Positions 6,349-18,300 of a DNA stretch of 34,553 nucleotides are shown one piece after another (the stretch's first letter is position 1; each line of letters starts with the position of its first letter). The DNA is from a virus (lineage: Duplodnaviria > Caudoviricetes), in IMG/VR virus record IMGVR_UViG_3300017766_002912, positions 1 through 34,553 of that record; one strand, given 5' to 3'. The translations under genes and the position numbers were made by a program. A model generated the notes under the pieces. It did not search any database. It saw nothing but the letters and a program-made list of their open reading frames with translations, and was not told the DNA's origin.

Positions 6349-9300
6349 ATGATTGAAACTAGCTTTGATACAAGAGTAAAGATTCATCAAATTGTTTCAA
6401 ATCATCTTCCTGAATTTTTACTTGAAGAATCGCCTAAAACGGCAGAATTTTTAAAACAATACTACATTTCGCAAGAATTTCAAAGTGGAACAGTAGATAT
6501 TGTTGAAAATTTAGATCAATATCTTAAATTAGATAATCTAACTCCAGAAATTATTGACGGCACTACATCTTTGCTGTCAGATATTCAAATTGATTCTGAC
6601 ACAATTGTAGTATCTTCAACAAAGGGATATCCATCTGAGTATGGATTACTTCAGATTGATGATGAAATAATCACATATACTGGATTAACAACTAATACAT
6701 TCACTGGATGTATTAGAGGATTTAGTGGTATAACAAAATATTCTAATAAGAATACCACTTCACTATATTTAACGCAAGATAATTATAAAAATGATCTAGT
6801 TTTTTCAACCTCATCTAGTTCTACTCATAGTAGTGGATCTACAGTAATTAATCTTAGTACCTTATTCCTAAAAGAATTTTATAATAAATTAAAGTATTCT
6901 TTAGCACCTGGATTGGAAAATTCAGATCTGGCTAATGGTCTAAGCATTAATAATTTTATAAAATCCGCAAGAAGTTTTTATCAATCTAAAGGAACAGAAG
7001 AATCTTTTAGGATATTATTTTTAGTTCTATATGGAATAGAACCTAAATTAATAGATTTAGAAAATTATTTAATTAAACCATCTTATGCTAGGTTTATAAG
7101 AAGAGAGATTGTAGTTGCAGAGTTAGTTTCTGATGGAGATCCTCTCAATTTAATAGGACAAACAATAAAAACTAGTTACGATTCTACATCACAAGCATCA
7201 GTTTCTGAAGTTGAAATACTTACACGTCGCGGAAAAACATATTATAAAATTTATCTGTTTATTGGTTATGATGAAAATGACCTCATAGAAGGTGAATTTA
7301 GAATTTCAGGTAAAACTAAGGTTTTAGATAATGTTTCTGTAGGATCTTCAGTCATCTCTGTTGATTCCACAATAGGATTTCCTTCTTCTGGAGTTTTAAT
7401 ATCTGGAAATAACAATATCAATTATACTTCTAAAAATATTAATCAATTTTTTGGATGTTCTGGTATAACTGAAGAAATATCCACAACATCTGATATAAGA
7501 TCTAGTGATATAATTTATGGATATGAAAACGGAGATACAACAAAAAAAGTAGAACTCAGAATTACTGGATCTCTTTCAAAAATTGAAAATGCAGAAAGTA
7601 TAGTGCTTTCGGAGAAAGGTGATATTATTAAAGTAAAGAATCTTGGACAAAAAATACTAAATCCCTCTGGAGATAGATCTTTTAAAGAAATAATAGCAAA
7701 TTCGTTCTTATACAACACAAGCACTAGACATAATGTTATCAGTATAACAGGTTCAACTTTTAAACTTGGACATACAATAGACAAAAGTAGTCTAAAAGTT
7801 GGCGATAAAGTTGATATTTTAGTTAGAGGAAGTACTAATACTATAGTAGTTTCTGGAGCATCAATTTATGATGTTAATTTGCAAAATAATGAAGTTATTT
7901 TAAATAATCTTCAGGGATTTATTCCAGAAGTATCAAAAAAATATGATATTAGAAGAAAAATTAATTATGCAAAAAGTTTAAATACCTCATTAGAATATGG
8001 AAATGATAACACTGTTTCAGACGTTGGAAATCTATATTCAGATAATGATAATGTCTACGTAGCATCAAATTCTCTACCTTCTTACACTATTGATAAAAAA
8101 TTAGTATATTCTTCAATACCAACATCATATAACACATTAGTTTCGGAATATTTTCAATTTGTAGTAACTAATCCATCTTCTTCAAATTATCAAAAATATT
8201 CAGTAATATCTTTTGATGAAAATGTTCCATTTATAACTGGAGATGAAGTTGTATATCTAGCAGAAAACACAGAACTTCCTGGATTATCATCTGGTTCCAC
8301 TTACTATGTTGAAGTTATAGATGATAAAAAAATAAGATTATATGAGTCTAGATCTTTTATTACTGGAGAAGAAAATCCAAATTTTGTTGGATTTGAACCA
8401 ATTTTAGGATTAAATGAGTCTCATACTTTTGTATTAGCAAAAGATGCACCTAAGAAAATTAGTCCACAAAATATTCTAAGAAAATTCAACACTACTCAAA
8501 ATATTTCAGAAAATGAAAAACAAGAAACTGATACTGGCAATATTGGAATTTTAGTCAATGGTGTTGAAATTAATAGTTTCAAATCAAATGACAAGATATA
8601 CTATGGTCCTCTAAATGAGATAGAAGTTATAAATGGTGGAAGAGATTATGATGTAGTTAGACCTCCTATTGCTCAAATACAAAATCCACCAGGAATTGGG
8701 AATACAGCAGCTTTAGCAACTATAACCGTCGAAGGAAATCTCAAATCTATATTAGTAGATCCCCAAGAGTTTGATATTGAAGGTGTGGTTTCTGTTGTAA
8801 TTAGTGGAGGAAATGGCAAAAACGCAATAATTAATCCAGTTATTGAAAAAAGATACAGAGAAGTTGAATTTGATGCAAGATTTTTAATAGATAATGGTGG
8901 AATAGATCCAAGCACTGATGAAACGATAACTTTTGTTTCAAATCACTACTTTAGTAATGGTGATAAAATAATCTATGATAGTAATGGAAATACTGAAGTT
9001 GGTATTGGTACTTTTCTTGGTTCCAATGCAACAACAAATACATTAAGCAATGGATCTTATTATTATGCCCAAGTAGTTAATCCTAAAACGGTAAAACTTT
9101 ATTCAACTCTCGGTGATTATAAATCTGGAATTAATACCATAGGATTTAGCACTGCAGTCAGTGGAGGAATTCATAAATTTAGAACAACAGAAAAAAAAGT
9201 TATATCTAAAATAACAGTTTTAAATCAAGGAGAAGGATATTCCAATCATAAAATATATGTAAAATCTTCAGGAATATCTACAAGTTTTAATAATATATTT

Positions 9301-12300
9301 TTCAAATCCCACCATTTTAATGATGGTGATATTGTTGTATATGAAAATACTGGAACTCAAATACCAGGATTAACAACATCAAATTATTATTTTGTTAGTA
9401 AAATAGATGATGACTATTTTAGAATATGTGATGCTGGAACTGACAAGTACAATCCCAATAAAGAAAATTTTGATAGGAAAAAGTATGTAGGATTAACTTC
9501 TACGGGATCCGATTATCATATTTTTAAATATCCAAAAATTGAAGTTGATGTAATTGTTTCATATGGATCTAGCTTTACCAATCTTAGTAATATAGTATCC
9601 ACTCCAGTTGTCACTGGACCAATAAAATATTTAAATTTATATGAAAATGGAACTTCCTATGGATCCGATGTTGTTAATTTTGAGAAAAAACCAGGTATAA
9701 CAATAAAGACGGGAGAATATGCTCAAGTATCTCCATATGTTAAAGATGGAAAAATAATAAAGGTAAATGTTCTTTCCACAGGACAATTTTATTATTCAAC
9801 TCCAAATCTAAAAATAAATGGAGAAGGTACTGGTTGTATTTTACGTCCAGTAATTGTAAATAACAAATTAAAAAGTGTAGTTATAATAAATCCAGGTATT
9901 GGATATGTTCAAGAAACCACTACTATAAATGTAGTTCCTGCGGGAAGTGGAGCAATATTGAATTCTAAAGTAAGATATTTAACTTTGGATAATCACTATA
10001 GATTTGGTGATGAATTTTTATATAAAACTTTGAATAATTTAGAATATACCCTAATATCATATACTCAAACTTTAGCATCCCATTTAAATGATGATGGAAG
10101 CAAGCATTCTCCAATAGTTGGTTGGGCATATGATGGAAATCCAATATATGGACCATATGGTTATTCCGAACCTTATAATTCAAACTCCACAGTAAAACAG
10201 TTAGTTTCTGGATATATTTTAAATTCTGGTAATGTTTATAATAGACCTGAATTTTTAGGTGGATTCTTTATTGAAGATTATGAATTTACTGGATCTGGAG
10301 ACTTAGATCAATATAATGGAAGATATTGTAAGACTCCAGAATTTCCTAATGGAATATATGCATATTTTGTTTCTTCTACTTCAGATGAGGAAACCTCATC
10401 ATTTAAATCTACATATCCTTACTTTATAGGACCATACTATAGATCTAAAAAAATTGATGATAATTGGAGTTTAACTCAAGATTTTGATTTTAATAACTCC
10501 AATCTTATAAGAAATACTTTCCCATATCAAATAAATGAAAAAAATTCAGATTATGAATTTTATACTGAGTCTAATGAAATAAGTAAGCAATTAACAGAAG
10601 TTAAATCGACTGCTAAAGGTAAAGTAAGTTCATTTAATATTATTGATCCAGGTAAGGATTATAAAGTTGGTGATGCTTGTTATTTTGAAGTTTCTGATGT
10701 AGAGAGTGGACAATTTACTACCACCATTTCTAAAATAACTGGTAAAGATATCTATAGTTTAGAAATATCTACAGAAAAATATGAAAATGTTGTTCTTGAA
10801 TGGTCTTCAAATTATGTTGTTGGATATTATGAACCATATGTTAGTTTATTAGATTATGATAGAGTAACATTGACTGGAATTGGAACTTACATATCTTCTT
10901 TAAATGGCGAAAAGATATGTAACGTTAAGAGAGACCAAACTACTCTCTTAAGCGATATGACTTCAAATGTCACACCGCAGGAAGTGGAAGATATTTATGT
11001 CTCCAAAATACCACCAACTGTTTCTGTTGGAAGTACTATAAGTATAGGAAATGAATTACTTTCAGTTTTAAATATATTTGAATCAGGATCAATTTTGAGA
11101 GTAAGGAGATCTGATGTTGGATATGCTCATACTGCATCAGATATTATTACCGTTTTACCTAATAAATTTACAATTCAATCAAATACGAATTATTTTAATT
11201 CTAAAATTAACAGTAAAATTTATTTCAACCCAGCTCAATCTGCAGGAATTGGCACAACCTCTGGAATTGGAATAGATCTTCAACAAACTGTTGGTGGGGT
11301 AACTAAAGACATATCTGTTCCAACTCAATCTATTCGTATAGAAAATCATCCATTTAAAACTGGAGATTCTGCTATTTTAAGAAAAGTAGCGACTAGATCT
11401 CCAATAATAGTTTCAAATACTCCAAGTTCTGCATCTTTTAGTTTATTATATGGGGCAACTTTAGAAGAAAATGTTTATATTATTAACAAATCCAAAGATC
11501 TGATAGGAATAACCACAACTTTAGATAATGCATTTACAACTAATGGACTATTTTTACTTGGTCCAATACCTATAGAATATGATTATTCTATCGAAACTGA
11601 TTATCCTCAAATAAAATGCGAAATTCAAAAAATTGTAGGTAAAATTTACACTACTGAAGATCATGAATTAACTTCTGGAGATCTAATTGATTTAAATTTA
11701 ACATCAAACGATAGTGTTGGTATAGGAACTAGTTCATCAGTTAAAATTAGTTATGATCCATTGTCTAAAACTTTATTAACAAATACTACTAACTTCAGTT
11801 CAAGTAATGTTAATCTTTCCGAGAATTGTATTAATATAGATGGTCATAGTCTTAAAACGGGGAATAAGGTTTTTTATTCCTATAGCGATTCACCCATAAG
11901 TGGTTTATCATCTACTGGATATTTTGTATATAAAATTGATGATGATAATATTCAACTTGCCGAAACGTACTACGATACGCAAAAGCAATATCCAAATATC
12001 ATAAAGTTTTTATCGACAGGTGGAAGTTATCAAAGAATAAGTTTAATTAATCCTGAAATAATAACAGAAAGAAACAATACAGTATTATTTGATGTTTCGG
12101 ATTCCAGTTTAGATGGATATCAATTAAAACTTTTTTATGATTCCGAATTTAATAAAGAATTTATTTCTGTTGGATTATCGACCGAAATAAACTTTACTGG
12201 AGTCGGAACACCAGGTGTAGCAGTTAATGCTACATATACACTAAAATATTCTTCTAATATTCCAGAGAAACTTTATTATAATTTAATTAAAGATGGATAT

Positions 12301-15300
12301 CCAATCAATAATGACGATAGTGTTATAAGCGCATCTTCAATTAGATTTATCAATAATGCTTGCAATGGATCTTTCTCAGTTTCTGGAATAGGATCTACAG
12401 AATTTACATTTAATTTACCATCTTTACCAAGTAAACTATTCTATTCTGGGCAAAATTGTGATGTTTTAAAATATTCAACTAGTTCAAAATCTGCCAAGGG
12501 TGGAATTGATAATTTAAAAATTTTAAATAATCAATTTAAATATAAAGAATTGCCTAGTTTTGTAGGTTCTAATTCTAATTCTGGAACAGATGCAAATATT
12601 ATCATCAATACTGACAATATAGGTGGGGTTAACGAATACCTAATATTGGATCAGGGATTTGATTATGCTTCAGATAAAACTTTAAGACCAGAAGCTTCTA
12701 TTCCTTCTGTAATATTCACAAGTAATTCTAGTGAAATAAAGGATTTCTCAATAACTGATGGTGGATTTGGATATTCCTCAAACCCATCTGTTCTATTGAA
12801 AAATCCATATACTAATGAGATTGTTAATAGTGGTAATTTATCGTGTGAAGTAAATTCTGGAACTGTTAGTAAAATAAACATAGATTCTCCAGTAAAAGGT
12901 TTACCTGCAATAAATCATGAGCTTGTCTTTATTAATAATTCAAACGGTATAGGTATAAATTCCATTCAAAGTTCATCTGGAGGAATTGTAACTTGTACTT
13001 TAGTAACTCCGATCGTTTCTGGATTTATAAATCCACCATTTGAAGTTGGTGATGATATATTTGTTGAAAATATTGAAAAAGATAGTGTTTTTGGGGATGG
13101 TCTTAATTCCGCAGATTATGGATACAGTTTCTTTAAAGTAACATCTTTTGTCAATACAAATCCAGCTGTTTTAGAATATAACTTATCTGGTGTAACAACA
13201 GATCCAGGAATAGCAAAAACAAGTCAATTAGGATATGCAATTATTGTAAATAAAAAGAATTATCCAAACGTTATTACTAATCAAATTTTTTCCAGGTTCA
13301 AAAAAGGTGAAAAACTTTTCTGTAATTCGGGAAATGGTTTTACCGAATTCGATTTAATCGTAGAAGATAGTAAAGATTCATACCTTAAAGTATCTGGACC
13401 AGATTTATATAAAGTGAAAAAAGGTAATATTTTAAGAGGAAAAGAATCTGGAGTATTATCTACCGTAGTCACTACGGTATTAAATGAATCTAAATTTGAG
13501 GTAAATTATTCAAATACATCTTCTCTTGGATGGTCTAATGATATTGGAAAATTAGATGAATTATTCCAGGTAGTTCAAGATAATGATTATTATCAAAATC
13601 TATCTTATAGTATTAAGAGTCCAATAGAATATAATGAATTTATTAATCCAGTTAATAATTTGGTTCATATCTCTGGATTAAAAAATTTCGCAGATACCCA
13701 AATTGAATCTAAATCAAGTTTTGTTTCTTATGGCGGAACTTCAAGTCAAATTATTGTGGTAGATGTTTTATCCGAATCGAGGATTGATGTCAATAAAAAT
13801 TACTCATATTCGGTAGACTATGATGTTTTAAATGATAAGTCTAGATATTTGAAATTTAATAATTTAACATTAACAGATTATATTAGTTGTTCCTCAAATA
13901 GAGTTTTAAAGGTTGATGATGTTAGTAAAAAATTCTCAAATAAGTCTAACGATAGAGATTTATTTACAAACATATACACATACTTAGAGGATACGCTATT
14001 TTCTAAGTATATAATACAAATAAATGATGTCACTAATAACACTTACCAATTAAGTGAAAATGTTGTTTTATTCTATGATAATAATATTTTCTCTTTTGAG
14101 AAGACTTCTTTAAAGAATTCTGAAACTAGATTGGGTGAAATTACAGGAGAAGTTGATGACTACAATACAAAAACTCTTAGATTTACCCCTCAAGATCCAT
14201 TTGATACTGATTATGATGTTAAGTATGTTCAAACTTATTTTGATAATTTAGATCCTAAGAAAATAGGAATCAATACAGAATCAATAGGTTGTATTGATTT
14301 AATAGGTGTTAGTACATCCGTAGGAGTAGGAACAACTTCCACTTTAATAACTTTCCCAGTTACTAAAAATAATGGTTTAGTTGCAAGTGTATTTGTTTTT
14401 GATACAGTAAGATTTAATTTTAACTTTGTTGAGGTTATTGTAGATTCCGATAAATCAAATACTTATCTTGCAGAATATTATTTTGATGATACTGTTGGAT
14501 TATCAACAAATTATATTGCAACCTTTGATTCCACAATTCAATCTGGAATTTTAAATCTAAAAGTAACTAATAATATAAACACTAAAATCTTAGTAAATGC
14601 TAATATAGTTGGATTTGGTTCGACAGCATCTGGAATAGGTACCTACAGATTTAGATATGATGGACAACCTGAGGGAAGTGAAAGATCCGCACGATTTGAA
14701 TCTAATTATGTAGTTTCTTCTGGAATTTCAACTGTATTTAAATTTAAAACCAACGAAATAACAGGGTCAAAATCTTTGATTAGAGTTTCTTGCGGAAAAA
14801 CAAGCTCTATACATCAGTTACTTTGTCTTCAGGATAATTATAATTTATATACAACTCAATATCCATTCATTTCTTCAAATTCAGAAACAGGTATAGGAAC
14901 ATTTGGAGCACAATATTCTGGAGAATATACTGTAGTTTCTTTCTATCCAGATAATAATATCACTGGAATAGTAACTATACAAAGTTATAATCAGTTACTC
15001 TATACTTTCAATGATTTTGAAAATGAATCTTTGGCAACCAATAACACCTTAAACTATGGAAATGTCGTTGAATCAGTCAAGTTAGCAGCTTATGATGGTC
15101 TAAATGGACCTAGGGCAAATAAAGTTGATTTTGATCTCAAATATAATGGAACTCCAATCTTTAGAAAAGTATTTAATCCAAGTGATTCTTCTATTTTAGA
15201 TAAGGAAACTGGAATAATATCAATTAAAGATCACTTCTTCAATACTGGAGAAAGATTAATATATGAGGCAAAATCTACTTTTGTTGGTGTTGGAGAATCT

Positions 15301-18300
15301 TCAGTCGGAATAGGTTCTACTACAAATTCAGTCGGAATTGTTACAAATATACTTCCATCAGAAGTATATGCTATTAAGATAGACGATGACCAATTTAGAT
15401 TATCTACAAGAAGAGATTACTCTCTTGCAGGAATATATGTAACATTCACTTCTACTGGAGAAGGGAATGCACATTCCCTTGAAATGTATAAACAATTTGA
15501 AAAATCAGTTATTTCCATAGATGGTGTTGTACAAAAACCATTATCATACACTCCATTATATTTCCAACTTGCAAATAATGGTGGGCAAATAGGATTTACA
15601 ACTAACTATTTTGCTTTGAGTGGAATTTCATCAATAAGTTCTGGTGATGTGCTTAAAATTGATGATGAATATGTTCAGGTTATATCTGTTGGATTTGGTT
15701 TAACTTCTACAGGTCCAATAACTGAGTCTGGACCATATAACATAGTTTACGTCAATAGAGGTCATGTTGGTACAATAGCAACAACTCATACAGATTCCAC
15801 AGAAGTTAGAGTTTATAGAGGATCGTTTAACTTAAAATCTAGCAAGATATATTTTACTCAACCACCAAGAGGAAGTGCAAGGGAAAGAAGAGATTTTAGT
15901 AATCTACCTTACCCAACATCATCTTTCAGTGGAAGAGTTTTTCTTCGCAAAAATTATACCAATAACATATTATATGATGATATTTCAGACGGATTTACTG
16001 GCCTTGGATCTTCATACACATTGACAGTTCAGGGAATTAATACTACAGGAATTGAAACTGGAAGTGGCGTTCTGTTTATTAATGGAATATTCCAAACTCC
16101 GTCCACAAAAAATAACGTTGGAAACAATTATACTTATGAAGCTAGTGCTGGTATCACCAGTGTTATCTTTAGTGGTATAACATCCTCTAATGGGCAAACT
16201 ATTTACACTGATTTTGATGTAAATCAAAATCAACTACCTAGAGGAGGATTAATTGTTTCATTAGGATCAACTCCAGGACTTGGATATGCTCCTCTTGTTG
16301 GTGCATCAGTAACTGCAGTTTTAAACAATATCACTGGAGCGGTTGTTTCGGTTGGTCTAGGCACGACTGACATAATTGGATCTGGATATAGGTCTCCAGT
16401 TTCCATAGGCATTACAGATCCTCTGCACAGCGGGACAGCGGCAGTTATAACTGCTAATGTCGGATTGGGTGGAACACTATCATTCAACGTCGTTACTCCT
16501 GGTAGTGGATATGTTAGTCCTTCTATATTAGTTTCTGAACCATCATATGAAAATCTACCGACAACAGGGGTCTTTAGAAGAGGAATAGGTAATACATCAG
16601 AAACTGGAAAAAATCTTTTAGTAAGTGTTGAAGTTGGAGGGGTCGCAACAACAGGAATAGGATCTACTTATTTCCAAGTATCTAGTTTTAGAATTGCTAG
16701 ACCAGGATATGGTTTCCAAATTGGTGACATCATAAAACCAGTGGGATTAGTAACTGATAGAAGATTAAATTCTCCTATTAGTGAATTTAACATAACTGTT
16801 TTGGATACATTCTCAGATTCATTTGCATCATGGCAATTTGGAGAACTAGATTATATTGATTCAATCAAAAATTTACAAGATGGTAATAGAAGGAGATTCC
16901 CATTATATTATAATGGTAGTTTATTAAGTTTCCAAAAAGATGAAGAAACTGGTGTGGATATTGATTTAAATTCAGTATTAGTAATCTTTGTAAATGGTGT
17001 TCTTCAAGAACCTGGGGATGCATATCAATTTGAGGGTGGATCATCTTTTATATTTACCGAACCACCAAAGTCTTCAGCAAATGTTTCTATATTTTTCTAT
17101 AGGGGTACTCGTAACGAAGATAGTAGTTTTGTGAATATATTTGAAACTATAAAAATCGGAGACACTGTTAGAGTTAATGGTACTAATTATTACGAAAATA
17201 GTGATTATCAAGATCCTAGAATAGTTGAGGATATTGTCCAATCTGACGTTATTCAAACAAATCTTTATTCTGGTCCAGGAATTGACCCAGATAACCTCAG
17301 ATATTTTGATTGGCAAAAACAAAAAGAAGATATATTGATCAATGGAGATTATGTATATAAGAGTAGAGATTCTATAGAATCTCAAGTATATCCAACTGCA
17401 AGAATTATAGGAGATTTTAATGAAAATAGTTCTGCCATTTTTGTTGATAATGTAGAATTATTTGATTATGAAGAAAATGATTTTGGTGTTAAGATTAATG
17501 GATATGACGTATTAATCGTAAATGGAACAACCCCAAGTGAAGCTAAAATAACTACTAATGTTTCTGCTGCTGGCACGATTAGTTCTCTTACTATAGTTGA
17601 TTCTGGAAGTGGATACACTCAAACTTCCCCATTACAAATTAAAATTTCCGCTCCAAAATATATTGGAGTTGGAATAGGAACTACCGCAGCAGCTAATGTC
17701 ACTATAACTAATGGGACTATTACTGGATATACAATTACAAATGAAGGTTTAGGTTATTCTCAAGTTAATCCACCTCAAGTTATTATTCCTCTACCAGAAG
17801 TTAATTATGATAAGATCACATTAGTTCGCCCAAATACTTTAACTCAAATATCTAGAGGATTCTCTGGAATTATTACAGGAATTACAACTTCTACTGGAAC
17901 AAGTGGAAATCCACTTGCACTAAAATTCTTTGTAAGAAGAAAAACTAGTGCATTAACTTTCTTTGATTTAAATGTTGGATATCCAATTTATGTCTTCAAT
18001 ACTAATGTTGGATCTGGATTAACATCAATTGATTCTTCCAATTCTTCTGTAGTTGCTATTGGAACTCAATATGTTGATAATATCTACTATGTACATAATA
18101 TTGTTAAGGATGGTCCAAATGCAGTAATAACTGCAAATATTAAATCCAATTCTAATGTTACAGGAATATCTACTTATGGACCGATAGAAAATCCTGTTGG
18201 TAATTTCTCATGGGGAATGCTCTCCAATATAGAAAGTAGATTAACAAACATTTCTATAGGAGTAACAGGATTGATAGTAGATTCTGGGTTATCAACTTTC

